Positions 12,160 to 25,129 of a DNA stretch of 64,000 nt are shown here, one piece after another. The stretch lies in NCBI RefSeq assembly GCF_009834535.1, contig NC_045696.1:115446001-115510000 (forward strand). Direction: 5' to 3'. The translations under genes were made by a program, and so were the position numbers. A model generated the notes under the pieces. That model was not told where the DNA came from. It did not search any database and saw nothing but the letters and a program-made list of their open reading frames with translations. This DNA comes from Camelus ferus. Lineage: Eukaryota. The first letter of the stretch is position 1; each line of letters starts with the position of its first letter.

Positions 12160-13054
12160 AGCAAATGGCCAATAGGCACATGAAAAAAGGCTCAATATGA
12201 CTCATTATCAGAGAAATGCAAATCAAAACTCCAAGGAGGTGTCACCTCATACCAGTCAGAATGGCCACCATTGAAAAGTCCATGAGCGATAAATGCTTGA
12301 GAAGATGTGGAGAAAAGGAAACCCTCCTACACTGGGTGGGAATGTAGTTTGGTGCAGCCATTGTGGAAAACAGTATGGAGACTACTCAAAAAACTAAAAA
12401 TAGACCTACCATATGATCCAGCAATCCCACTCCTGGGTATATATCCAGAGGGAATGTTAATCCAAAAACATACATGCACCCCAATGTTCATAGCAGCACT
12501 ATTTACAATAGCCAAGACATGGAAACAATCTAAATGTCCATCAGATGACTGGATAAAGAAGCTGTGGTATATTTATACAATGGAATACTACTCAGTCACA
12601 AAAAATGATAAAATAATGGCATTTGCAGCAACATGGATGGACCTGGAGATTGTCATTCTAAGTGAAGTAAGCCTGAGAGAGAAAGGAAAATACCATATAA
12701 TATCACTTACATGTGGAATCTAAAAAAGGACAAATGAACTTATTTACAAAACAGAAACAGACTCACAGACTTAGAAAACAAACTTATGGTTAACAAAGGG
12801 ATATGAGAGTGGGAACAGATAAATTTGGAGCTCGAGATTTGCAGATAATAACTACCACATATAAAATAGATAAACAACAAGTTTATACTGTATAACACAG
12901 GGAACTATATTCAATATTTTGTGGTAACCTATAATGAAAAAGGATATGGAAATGAATATATATATGTGTATGCATGACTGAACTATTATGCTGTACACCA
13001 GAAATTGACACAACATTGTAAACTGCCTATACATCAATTAAAAAAAAAAAAAAA
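12160..13054 (+). mobile_element. 5'-truncated camelid/artiodactyl L1 (ORF2 C-terminus, 3' UTR, polyA)
   Basis: ORF 12307..12723 gives [33 protein letters not shown]...[17 protein letters not shown] (L1 ORF2 C-terminus), followed by 3' UTR and an A tail. Confidence 0.95.
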
Positions 13055-13119
13055 GCAAAAAACAAACCAAAAAAAACTTCAATACTAAAAAAACCAAAAC
13101 CAAAACCAAAAAAACAGAA

Positions 13120-13447
13120 AAACTCAGAGAAAATCAAAACAGAAACACTCACAGATAACAGAGCACTAACTAGTGGTTGCCAAAGGGGCAGGGGTGAGAG
13201 GCTGGGTGAATAGGTGAAGGGGATTAAGTGGTACAAACCTCCAATTATAGAATAAATAAGTTGTGAGGATGTAATGTACAGCATGGGGAATATAGCCAAT
13301 AATAGCACAATAAGTTTGTATGGTGACAGATGGTATCTAGACTTGTCCTGGTGATTGCCTCGTAATGTACAAAAATATAAACTCATTGTGTTGTACACCT
13401 GAAACTAATATAATACTGTTACGTCTATTATGTTTCAATAAAAAAAG
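13120..13447 (+). mobile_element. Older L1 3' UTR fragment (L1MA9/L1MA10-like)
   Basis: gtggttgccaaaggggcagggg...gatgtaatgtacagcatggggaatatagccaataata...gttgtacacctgaaactaatataata...caataaaaaa. Confidence 0.85.
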
Positions 13448-13635
13448 AAACAAACAACCCAATTATCAAGTGTACAAAAGACCTGAACCTCAACAAAGAA
13501 GATATACAGATGGGAAATAAGCATATGAAAAGATGCTCAACATCGTATGTCATTAAGAAACTGCAAATTAGAACAACAATGAGATACGACGACATACCTA
13601 TTATGATGGCTGAAGTAAAAAACACTGGCAGTAAT
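13448..13635 (+). mobile_element. L1M ORF2 fragment
   Basis: aacaacccaatt...caaaagacctgaac...gaagatatacagatgggaaataagcatatgaaaagatgctcaacatc. Confidence 0.8.
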
Positions 13636-13949
13636 GTCACCCATTTTGTATCTATCTGCTTGTTTTGGTAGACGAGCTGCTTGTCAATCAGGCCTTTTGC
13701 ATCTATAAAATCATCATACAGAACATCCCTGTCTAAGATAGCCATCATTTTTAAGCATTTGAATGTTCATTGCATTTCATCACCATTTAAATTGCTTCAG
13801 GAAAGTGATTTTAAAACACAGAGATAATCTGAACTTATGAAATCAAAATTGGATTCCAGATAAATTACAGGTTTAGTAAAGATATGAAAAATGCTATTAA
13901 ACTTGGCTTCTCTTTTCTGTAGACATATTCTTGGATTCAGAACCGCTTT

Positions 13950-14110
13950 GCGAGAGGGGATAGCTCTGGGGGAGGGGATAGTTCAAGTGGTAGATTGAAT
14001 GCTTAGCATGCGTGAGGTCCTGGGTTCAGTTCCCAATCCCTCCTCCAAAAATAAATAAACCCAATTACCCCCCGTGCCAAAAACAAACAAACAAACAAAC
14101 AAACCAAAAA
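13950..14110 (+). mobile_element. Camelid tRNA-derived SINE (vic-1 type) with duplicated head
   Basis: ggggggaggggatagttcaagtggtaga...gcttagcatgcgtgaggtcctgggttcagttccc (A/B boxes), aaataaataaacccaattaccccc, (CAAA)n tail, flanked by tcagaac. Confidence 0.9.
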
Positions 14111-14848
14111 TCAGAACAGTCTTATTTCCAAAAAAAATGAGTCATGTTTTTCATTGTACAGGTTTTTGTCACAACCTACACACACCGTCAAATAATATAG
14201 GTGCAGTCAGTTTATCCTTTTTTGACCCATTATGGTTCTTTGAAGAGCATCACACAATTTCAGAGAAACACCGTGTAAGTTTCTGTTTTACTGTAAACCT
14301 TTTCCCATTCTCCATCCTCAGTGTATTTCTAAATTGGAGAACATTCTTCTTCCCCCAAATTTTGAATATGTGATTTTACAATAGACCAACATTTTAATAT
14401 CTTTCGCGTGGCTGACATCAGTGAGAGCCATCTGTAGGCACCTTTTATTTCAATAAAGTCTAAAATACCATTAAGTGCTTCGGCACATTTTGAGGAAACA
14501 CAAAAGTGATAAGAAAAACGTCATTACAAAATCTTCACTATCACAGATAAGCAAATCAGATTCCTTTTTAACACTGCTGTGTAAAGGTTTGCAGAAAATT
14601 TAACAGGTAAAATTTTTTTCTTTTTCTTTCTTTCTTTTTTTTTTTTTTTTTTTTGCATGACGCTTATAAGCTGAATGGAATTTTCCAAAATTTACATTTG
14701 CTCTGTTGGCCAAATCTGCAAATTGATGAACAGAGTTTAGAGTGTGTTTGGATGAGATGGCAACAAACTTTTATCTTATGTGTACTCGTGTTTCATTAAA
14801 ATCTCCATAGAAATTCAGAAAATGATTTCAAAATACCTTTTCCATGGG

Positions 14849-14932
14849 AATGGGAATACAAGACCCAAAGGTATTAATGAAATGTAATAACCACGGGATA
14901 ATTTCACATCAATCAAGCAGATGGAAGGAAAG
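14849..14932 (+). repeat. 84-bp direct repeat, copy 1
   Basis: Ungapped 74/84 identity with 16982-17065 by manual alignment. Confidence 0.9.
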
Positions 14933-15291
14933 TCGAAGTACCTAATAAGGATAGCATCCTTGCTGTTTGTTTTTTCTATGATCCAGCTCATCACTCGATA
15001 TACTACAGAAAGTATGATCGTTGATAACATCTGACATAAAAAGCTGTACGCTACCTGGAAGGGGCCAAGATAGTTCCAAAGTTTCTCCTTTTGTTTCCCC
15101 ATGAGATATTTTAGTCCCAGTCTCTGAACCAGGAAATGTAACTTAACTCATTTTCATAGAAAAATAAAAGGAACAACATGACATGACCCAGAATTTAGCT
15201 AAGTTACCGCCTGGTACTGTCTTGGCATCCGTTTTGTGCAGCCAAGTAGGGGTCTTAACCTGACGTTAGCCTGTCCTGCAAGTGCACACCT

Positions 15292-15690
15292 TGTCACCCT
15301 AAGTAAGGAGGTAAACTGGGGCAAGCTCAAATCACCAGAAATCGAGTTTATTTGGGAATAGCAGAGGGATTGTAATTCAGGAAATGGAAATTATAGCAAG
15401 CAATGAGTTTGATGAGGGTTTGGGGCAGCTGTATTTATGGGGCAGGTGAGGGGGAAATGGGGAGGGAGTCCAGCCAGAGTCCAGGCAGTGAGTTAACTAA
15501 CTTGAAGATGTGGCGAGATTCTTGGCAGAGATTCGTTGGTTTGGAGATAAAAATCCAGTGTTCTGTACATCAGGCATTTAAGGGAAGTAAGTCTCCCAGT
15601 TCTTAGAATTCTCCCCTCCTCTGGGCACGTGTGTGAGATTCTCCATCTCATGTCCTCTGGTTCCATTCTAGGGTAAAATCCTTTCCCACC
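15292..15690 (-). mobile_element. Probable ERV LTR fragment
   Basis: Begins tgtcacc, has TTTATT (minus-strand AATAAA) about 55 nt in and tatttat further on, an LTR-like layout. Family and right end uncertain. Confidence 0.45.
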
Positions 15691-16981
15691 CTAGAGATCA
15701 GCCTGCAGAGTCATAAGCAGATCTAAGTTTCTGATGTGACTTTCCCAATGGCCCTTGTGACAAAGTCTCCCTCTCTTCCCAGGGCCCTCCCTTGGGTCCT
15801 CCGTAGAGAAGGCCCCCAAGGAGCTTATTAAAACCCCACTCCTCTTGGTTTGAACTGACCCATCAGCCTTCGCCTCGGTACCCCAAGCATCCCACCCACT
15901 GACCCGCCCAGGTCCTGCAGCTTTCTCTCTGCCGTGACGTCGCCACGTGGCCCTTCAAGGTGTGCCTCGTCCTTCTTCCGGGACCTGTGAGGTTTTTTTG
16001 GCTTCTCTGTTTCACTTTCCCTTGCGATCTTTTGTTGACCTGAGGCTCACCCTCCCACAGCAGACCTGGGGCTCTCCTTACTGAGTGTTCATTTGACAAA
16101 GTCACAACAGATGGGTGGGTTCATTTGTGAGGAAGGCCAAGCTGATTTCAGTGGTGGCTTTCTATTGAGCATCGATATCTTTTGGGAGATGATAAAACTT
16201 TTCATTGATTTAGAAGGACTTGCATATCTCATCCTAAACTTGTGAGATTCCGTCTCCTTCTCCACCCTGCTCATTTCCAATTCTTCCCAGCACATGATTT
16301 AATGGGCTCGGTTTTGAACATTTACCTCCCTCCTCCAGCTGTACTTCCATCTGTTATTAAAATAACACAGACACTTAGCCTTCTTGTTCACTGTTATCTG
16401 GGTCATGCTACCCTTGGGATCGGAATCGTTCATTTCCATGATCAAAACTCTTAGAAAACATGAGCATAATATTTATATTATTAGGAATTAAATTTGCATT
16501 ATCTTGATAAAAAAAGCGCAGCAGTTAATCCACAGACAAAGTCATAGCCAACTGTTAAAATTCATGATTATAATACACTTAAGTTGTGTTTTTAGACTGT
16601 TGCATTGTTTAGATTTCACCGCCACAAATTTCCCCACTATTTGCATTGCTGTTATGGCCTCTGCCTTATGCTTGCACAAATAAATGGTTAAGTCAGGTCG
16701 TTTTGCAATATCTGATAAACTGTTTGCCCAAAGTTGTTTCAAATCTTCAACTCCTGCAGAATGAAAACAGCTCACACTGTTGAATGCCAGTGTTTTCAGT
16801 TTCTACTTCTGCAATGAGCAGTTCTAATTTCCATTCAGGGCTGAGGTTCCCAGTTCTCTATTTACTCTGCAAACTGAAAATACACCTGGAAATTCTGTAG
16901 GTGGCAAACTATCAGAGACAGGATAGCTGGGATTAGAGTGATCCTAGCTAATGCATTTATAATCAAATGATGGCAAAACAA

Positions 16982-17065
16982 AATGGGAATACAGGACCCA
17001 AAGGTATTAATGAAATGTAATAACTGTGGGATAATTTCATGTCAATCAAACAGACAGAAGTAAAG
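16982..17065 (+). repeat. 84-bp direct repeat, copy 2
   Basis: Ungapped 74/84 identity with 14849-14932. Confidence 0.9.
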
Positions 17066-17825
17066 AAAAGAGACATATTACAGTTAAGTTCAGATTAAAT
17101 AATTAAATTACAGAGGAGCTCAGACAACTCTCTCTGAGTTTGTATGAGCAGGAACAAATTTATAAGTTTCCCCCATGGATAATAATGAGAATTTCAAAGG
17201 CTCCTCCTGGCTAAGTGTGTTTTACATAAATACATAATGCAAAAGCTGAAATCAAAGACAGGTACCTTCTAGTGATATTCAAAGGCCAAATTATGTGGCA
17301 TTTGAAAATCTGTAAATGTATATAAGGCAACTTCTCTCTTTGCATCCTTCCTTCTTTCCTTTCATCATTTATCTCTCACATTCCTCCTCCCTTTCATCCT
17401 TCCTTCTTTTAGTGCTCGGATGAAAAATTTCTGTTCATGTGGCAGCGTGGAAAAGCTCTCTGATTTTTTTCACTCAACATCTTTGGAAACCCAATCCAAT
17501 GTGTGAAAAACCAAGTTGGGTTTCCTTTCCTGATCCCCATTGGACGGTATATAGGCTGTCATGTGCATCCTTCAACTATGTCCACATGTCAAGCTTTAAA
17601 AGTCCTCCAGACTGGTTTGCAGCCAAGTAATAATTTCCAGAATCTATAAGGCAAGAGTATGAGAATCTCTTAGAATAGGAAGATGCGAAACTCAGTCCTC
17701 CTCATGAGGTCCTTGAGAACTGTGTGTTTCTGTTGTTTAAACCTGCAACCCTGACAGTGTTTAGTGCAGGGCACAGCATTTCCCCCAATAATAACTTGTT
17801 TTAATTAAGTCACAATACAAGAAAA

Positions 17826-18068
17826 AAGGGGGAGGAAGGGATAAATTAGAAGTATGAGATTAGCACATAATAACTACTATATATAAAAGAGATAAACAAC
17901 AAGGCCCTACTGTGTAGCACAGGGAACTATATTCAATATCTTGGAATAACTTACAATGGAAAAGAATCTGAAAAAGAACATATCTGTATGTATAACTGAA
18001 CCACTGTGCTGTACACTGGGAACTAACACAAGGATGAAAATCAACTCTAGTTCAAGGAAAAAAAAAAA
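17826..18068 (+). mobile_element. Short artiodactyl L1 3' UTR insertion
   Basis: gggataaattag...ataaacaacaaggccctactgtgtagcacagggaactatattcaatatc...ctgtacac...polyA; homologous to 12800-13054. Confidence 0.9.
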
Positions 18069-18599
18069 GATCGTAAGTACAAGGTACAGAGTAGGATTCA
18101 ATAAATGTATGTTGACACCAAAGGAGGAAAAAGCAATGAGTTTTGCTAAAAGCTGCCTGAGCTTTTGCCCATTGTTTCTCTGCCTGTTACCACAGGAGAC
18201 TATAGGATCCTTCCTCTGGGGACCTACAGCCAGAATATAGTTCAGTCATCTTGGCAATCCAAAAGGGCCAGGAAGTTCTTAGGTTTAAATTACACACTTA
18301 AAAAATTCATCTGGAGGAGCACTTAAAGATATCCTGGACCCTGCAGCCAACAGAGGATGAATATTCCACTCAGCATGAAAACATTTGGTTGATGCGGAGA
18401 ACTGCTTCCCCACCATTTGAAGGTGGTTTGCATTTATATGGTCTGTGTGGTCAAGTTATTATTCCCATTTATTCTGCGGGAAAATTGGGGCTCAGGGTAG
18501 TGAACTTGCTTAAGATCTCAATGTTATGGAAAGAACTAGAAGCAGAACTCAATGCCATTTTCTCTCAAGCATGCACTCTTAGCATTATATGTCCTTTTG

Positions 18600-20050
18600 G
18601 TCTCATTTAATGTTTTATTTTTATTCTTTGTCTGAATTTGACTTTATCAACATTGCAATCACCAGTTTCTCCTTTGCCTTTGTCCTTCTTTTTGTGTTCA
18701 GCCTTTTGGAATCACTATGTTTTAGATATTTTTCTTGTATACACATCGAGGTAGATTTCCTTTATGTGCCAACGTGGAAATGTCTTTCCTTTCAAAGATG
18801 AGTTAGGTCTATAGACTTCTGTTGTGACATATGTTTGGTCTCAACTGTGTCTTATTATTTAAAATTACTATGTGCCTTACATGCACTGTGTTTCTTTCTG
18901 CATTTGGCGTGTCTTCTCTGCTTTAAAACTTTCTTTTTTAATAAAGTTTGGAGTTTTTGCTTTTGTTGTTGATTGTTCTAGAGATAACTTTATTTTTACA
19001 CCTTTTAAAGTGCCCTTAAACCTGCTTTCTTGTACTTCTTACCTATTACTGTCTGGCCAGGCTTAGTTAGTATTCCTACACAATAATCCATGATTTATTC
19101 TACTTTTATTCTCTCTCTCATATCCTCCCAGTTTTAGTTTCATTCTCTTTATTTTATCAGAGCATATAATGTACACATATCATTCTTCCACTTGTGCTTT
19201 TAGACTCAGTTCTATAATTAAATATATGAAACACTCACTATTGGTCTGTTTGCCAAAGTCTCCCCAGCCATCTCTTGGTTGATTAAAGTCACCTCTAGTA
19301 GACTCTATAGGAAGAACGTATGTGAACAGCATTCTCTGAGCACTGGAGGAGCACATGTTTCAAACCGTTTTCCAAAAGCCCTGGAACTTAATAGAGAAAT
19401 CTTTATTCATCTTTTCTTTAAGTTTTTAGAACATGCCACTCCTTTGTGCCTTAATTGCACGTAGCTTTGAAGACTCTGATGCCAGTGTAATTATCTTGTC
19501 CTTCTAAGTTATTTTGTTTTGTCTAGAAACACTGAAGATACAGTCTTTGAATTCCAATCATTTTACTAACATATGCTTCAAAATTGATTCTTGCCCGTCC
19601 ATATTTGCAGTACATTGGTGGACACTTTCAGGTTTTCTATTACGTCTAGAACTTTTTCTCAGGTCACAGTTTTACACATCTGATCTGTTCCAATGTTTTC
19701 TTTCTTTTTTTTTTTTTTTTTTTTTTTTTAGCATATATCATGGTGCTTCTTCCTTTTTTCCATTCCAACCATTTTCTCTCTGATTTTTTTTTTTAACATT
19801 TGCATCTCATTTTCATTCTCTTGTCTGTTGTATAATGAGTCTTATTTAATTTTCTTTTACATTTATTCTTCCTTGGGTATCATATAATTTTATCTTCTTT
19901 TTGGATATGATTTTGTAATTTTCTTCTCTTTTTAAATCCAATCAACATATTTGATTGCTTCCTGCCTGGGTCCGTTTCTGAGCTTCAGTTTCAAATAACA
20001 GATTCACATTGCTTTGTGTGTCTCACAGGTGTGTGTTCAGAAATTTAATA
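18600..20050 (-). mobile_element. Highly degraded old L1 (L1M/L1ME-like)
   Basis: T-rich, with remnant reverse-L1 motifs (gaagactctgatgccagtgtaatt, gaattccaatcattttactaacatatgc, tacattggtggacactttca). Confidence 0.45.
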
Positions 20051-20066
20051 CAGTTTAGAGAGCGAC

Positions 20067-20542
20067 TGTGGTAAGGTGAATAATTGTCTCCAAAGATATA
20101 CATGCCCTAATCCCAGGAACCTGAGAGTGTTACTTTATATCACAAGAAGAGCCTTGCAGCCGTGATTACATCTTGGATCTTGAGATGGGGAGATTATCCT
20201 GGATTGACCCTCTTGTAATTACAGGTCAGCTTATGAAATGGAAGCAGAGGAAGATTTGACTGTAAAAGAGGAGGTCAGAGATGTGACAATGGAAACAAGA
20301 GATTAGAGTAATAAGGGGAAAGGGTCACAAGCCAAGGCAGGTAGGCAGGTTCTAGAAGCTCTTAGAACAGGCAAGGGAAATGGGTTCTTTGCTCGAGTCT
20401 CTAGCAAGAACCCACTCTACCAACATCTTAACTCAGCGAAGGCATTTTGGATTTCTGGCCTGCAGATCAGTAAGACAATAAAATTGTGCTAAGTCACTAA
20501 GTTTGTGGCAATTTGTTATGGAAACCATATCAAATTAATACA
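20067..20542 (+). mobile_element. MaLR solo LTR (MLT1D-like)
   Basis: TGTGGTAAGGTGAATAAT...gagatggggagattatcctggatt...ctaagtttgtggcaatttgttat...TAATACA, with degenerate 5-bp TSD gcgac/gtgat. Confidence 0.9.
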
Positions 20543-22289
20543 GTGATGTATTGGTTTCTTTAACTCTTTTGGTTGATTTTGAGAAGAAAATGTTCATTAT
20601 TCAAAATGGTTCATTTTCATTTCCTAAAATGTTTAATTCTTAAAGCTGCTCTGTATAGAAGCAGCCTTTTTCTTTTTTTCTATTACTAATCATTTAGTGA
20701 ACAGAATTTAGTATTTAACCTGGAATTTTTTAGTATTTAAATATTAATTTTGATGGTTTTCATTCTTTCAGGGACTTTAATTATATGTACTTAGTATCTC
20801 CTTCAGTAAGAAGACGCTGTTACCCTGTCATGGGTTTCATAAGCCGCAGCTATCATTCTGCAATCCTGCCGGAATGTCATTCAGAACATGGTTTTATTAT
20901 TTATGTCTCTTTCTCCTCTTTTTGCTCCTGTTGCTCCCACATTTCTCCCCCTACTTCAATTTCTTCTTCTTTCATCATTTCCACAAGTTCATTTCTTTTT
21001 CTCACCATGTAGTATTTTGATGGTGCTTACAGAGCATGAACTTTCACAAGGCAGTAAATGAAAAGCTGTTACTGGACAGCTGTAAACTGGTTTCACTGAG
21101 ATGTTATTGGGCGATTTCTCCTCTAAATATAGCAAATGCTCTAATTTGGCACTTTAGCTGATGCCATCTCTTCTACAATGTCTGCATACTTATTTCTGCC
21201 CAAACCGTGGGATTTGGTGTCATGGCCAAATCAGACAGATCGGAGTTTGAATTTGATCTTCAATATTTGTCACGTTAAGGAGTCCTGCTCAACTGCTTCA
21301 ACCTCTCTCAATGTCAATTTCTCACTTCCAAAAAAGGGGATAATAGTATTCATGAGGCTTGTTGTAAGAATTCAATATAATAATGCTAATAAAGCACTTA
21401 AGTATGAAATGGAAGTAATCTCTCTGGAGATTTTGTGATAATTAAGTGAGATAATATAGATAAAGCCCTTAGAAGAGTGCTTGCCACACTGATTTCTGAT
21501 TCCATATGACTTATAGTCCATCTTGTGCAAAACATTGTCCAGGCACAACTTGAGCACCATCCAATTTTAAAATTTGGTCCATAACTGAGTTTAGTTGTTA
21601 CCATGGGTACAAATGACCACTGTTCTTCATAAACTAAACAAGGAACCTACTGATAGTGAAGAATTCTCCCCATGAATGATATTCCAAATGAAAAGAGAAT
21701 GATTAAAAATATATTTTTTTAATTTATGGCACAGAAATGTTTACTATCTCACCCATTTCATCTTTTTATTCTTGTGACTTTACAACATGAAACTGAAGAT
21801 CCAGTTTAAAGGAAAGCATTCAGCCTTTCCATAAAATAAAAATATAGAGTATAAACCCCAGAGAAAGCATATGATGTAGACCAATTGCATGTTGTCAAAG
21901 TGTTTGGGTTTTGACGATGAGAATTAGGAGCTGGTACCCCTTTTCATTATTGCAGTAACATCTGATGGATAACTCCCTTGTGAAGAAATGCTCCAGGACT
22001 TCAGAGGAAAGCATTTTGCTTTCATTTCAGAATTCACAACAACCTTGGGATGAAGGCATTGTCATTCCCCTGTGACACAAAACAGGAAAGGGGCTCAGAA
22101 AGGTTAAGTGACTTGCACTAATGCTCCCGGTGGGAGTGAGAGAGATCCTGTGTCTTCTGGGACTTAGTCCGGTGCATTTTCCATTGAGTAGTGAGAGTCA
22201 CAGCTAGAGTTCACCTTGTCCCTTCAGGAGCTTTGAAGGTTCTTCTAATTAGGGACTTTCCTAGCATGGGACAGTTGTATCAAAAGACT

Positions 22290-22400
22290 CATGAAAATGA
22301 ATATATGTATGTATATGTATGATTGAAACATTATGTTGTACACCAGAAACTGATGCATTGTAACTGACTATACTTCAATTAAAAAAAGAAAAACAAACAA
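22290..22400 (+). mobile_element. Very short camelid L1 3' end
   Basis: atgaaaatgaatatatgtatg...gtacaccagaaactga...tgtaactgactatacttcaattaaaaaaa, flanked by aaagact on both sides. Confidence 0.85.
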
Positions 22401-22921
22401 CAAAGACTGGTGGGGTATAAGGTTACTATGCACAGTCACAAAGACAAGTAGAAATAATGCAGAGCAGTAGGCTGGGGAGGTGGGTAAAACTATCAGGTGA
22501 TTGCAGAATAAAATGAGTGAAATTAAGTAGACATAAGCATGACAGGAAATTCCTTAGTTACTTCCTGTCTCATCCTACCTCATCATCAACACGTCCCTTC
22601 GTTCTCTTCCTCATTCTCCTCCTGCACTCAAAGCCTCCTCCTCTTTCGTCTAACACTGTCCTGGATGCTCATTTAAACTGAAGTGGCATGGTGGTTTCTA
22701 GCTTCTCATTTTACGATTCTCCATGGTAGCCTGCAAGTATGGCTATGTTCCTCCATCTACGTTTTCCTCTTCTCCACTACCCCAGAAATATCTGAGGTCT
22801 GATAACCTCCTATTGGAATAGGTCATGGTTGAAGTTCAGGGAAACGTGTTTGCACAACTAGTGTGTAGTTGAAAATAAAACAGAAAAAATTCTCTTTTAA
22901 ACTTATTCTGCAAAAACATTC

Positions 22922-23525
22922 TAGGCACACCTCAGAGATACTGTGGATTTGGTTCCAGACTCCTGCAGTAAAAGCAAATATTGCAATAAAGGTAGGCACA
23001 TATATTTTTTCTTGTTTTCCCAGAGCATACAAAAGTTACATTTACCCTATAGTATAATCTATTAAGTGTGTGATAGCAGTATTTTATAGCTAAAAAATTT
23101 AAACCAGCATCTGAGCCTTCGGTGAATTGTAATCTTTTTGCTCGTGGAGTGTCTTGCCTCAATGTTAATGGCTGCTAACTGATTAAGGTACTAAAGTTTG
23201 GGGTGACTGTGGGAATTTCTTAAAATAAGACAGCAATGAAGTTTACCACATCAATTGACTCTTCCTTTCATGAACAGTTTCTCCTTAGCATGCAATGCTG
23301 TTTGATAGCATTTTACCTACAGTAAAACTTCCTTCACATGTGGAGTCAGTCCTCTCAAACCATGCCATTGCTTTATCAAATAGGTTTATGTAATATCCTA
23401 AATCCTTTGTTGTCATTTCAATCATCTTCACAGCATCCTCACCAGAAGTAGATCAATCTCAAGAAACCACTCTCTTTGTTCATCCATAGGAAACAGCTCC
23501 TCCTTCCTTAAAGTTTTATCTTCAG
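22922..23525. mobile_element. Tigger2-type DNA transposon fragment
   Basis: aggcacacctcagagatactgtggatttggttccagac...gcaaatattgcaataaag is the Tigger2 terminus; internal transposase-region remnant follows. Confidence 0.85.
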
Positions 23526-23609
23526 ATTTCATTGCAAGAAAATAAAGCAACTCAAAAATATTTCAATATAAACTTTTCCTTGTCAAGGCAGTTGAGGAAT
23601 ACCACCCAG

Positions 23610-23980
23610 TACAGGCGGCCCCAGGAAAGCTGGTGGTGTAGTTCAGACACCTATGAGCTAGAAAGATGATAGTGGAGATTCTAATCTGAGTTTGAAGGCC
23701 TGAGAATTGGGAAGACCAAGGGCAGATTGATGTTCTAGCTCCTGCAGTCAGACAGAGAATGAATTAACTTTTCCTTTGCCTTTTAGTTCTATTCAGGCCC
23801 TCGAAGCATTGAATGATGCCCAACGACATGGGGGAGGGGACCTCTGCTCTACTCAGCCCACCAATTCAAATGCTAATCTCGTCTGGAAACACCCTCTTGG
23901 ACACACCCATAAATAATGTTTAACAAGCTATCTGTGCATGTTGTAGCCCAGTCAAATTGACACCTAAAACCAGCCATCCC
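23610..23980 (-). mobile_element. ERVL LTR (MLT2-like)
   Basis: gttctattcaggccctc...tctgctctactcagcccaccaattcaaatgctaatctc...gaaacaccctc...cccagtcaaattgacacctaaaa. Confidence 0.85.
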
Positions 23981-25129
23981 GATGGTTGTTGTGGAATTGT
24001 ATTTGTTTGTGTCAAACCTTAGATAATAATGTTTATAAATATCCTCTCTTCGATTTGTCCAGTCATATGTATTAGCACATAACTCTCCTCCCTCCCCCAG
24101 GAATTAATATCAAAACAGATTTGCATATAAGTTTATCTTCTCATCTGGTGTATTTCTGGGTGAACGGAGACTCAGAAGTTTTGTGACCTGCCCAAAGTCT
24201 CATATTAGGACAGAGAAGGAAGAAAATCACTGAGACTTAGCTGTTGGGCTACTGGTCTCATTGAGGGTGTTTTGGAAGTCCCTGCTTGTGTTTACCAAAA
24301 GGTGTACACTTAGAGACAGCATGTCTTTTCTCGCTGGCAGCAGGATAAAGAAAGATTTTCCACACAGCTACACATCTATGCCAGCTGAGGGCTTACCTTC
24401 TTTTTTCAGTTGAGACAATTGCTCACTAAGGGTGGAGGAGAGGCTGGTGTGATCACGGCCAGGGTAGAAATGCCATTTCATGGCATTAGTGGAGAGCTTA
24501 CAGATCTTACACAGCAGATGTGCTAATTTTGCTCAGATAGTAGATGGAGGAATTAAAATGTAATGGCTCTTATGTTCCACTGCAGGCAAAAACACAGTCA
24601 ATGGGATGTGGAGCTAAATTTAAGAATTGAAAAGGCACAAATATTTAAAGATTTCTAACTGTCTTGCAGTACATGGATGTTAAGGTCCATTTACATAGTG
24701 AGCTATATACCCGTAAATGAATATTAATGATATTTCTGTACGAAGGCACTGAGCTGTGGACTGTGAATCCTCCACTCTAAATAGAAAAACAAATTTTTCA
24801 TTTGGTGACTTTTCATTTTTAAAAAAGAGCCAAACTTACAATTTTCCACATCATTTTCTATTGAGAATTTACACTGACAGCATGGAAATGGCATGACACT
24901 GATATTTAAAACAAACCAATAGGAAATAATTTAATTCACATCATGCCCAAAACTCTATATTATTTTGTCTTGGAAAATACTATTTCTTATATCCAGAGAT
25001 ACTTTGAATTTTGACCCAGTCACCAGGATCAGGGACTTCTATCAGAATTTCTGTCGAAAAATAGTTGAAACATATGACCTTTGCTTCCACATGTACAGCA
25101 GCCTTGAATGCTTAGCTAAGGACCATAAA

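Noticed and set aside
12307..12723. 138-aa ORF as a host gene
   Set aside because: It is the C-terminal fragment of L1 ORF2 in a 5'-truncated, frameshifted copy.
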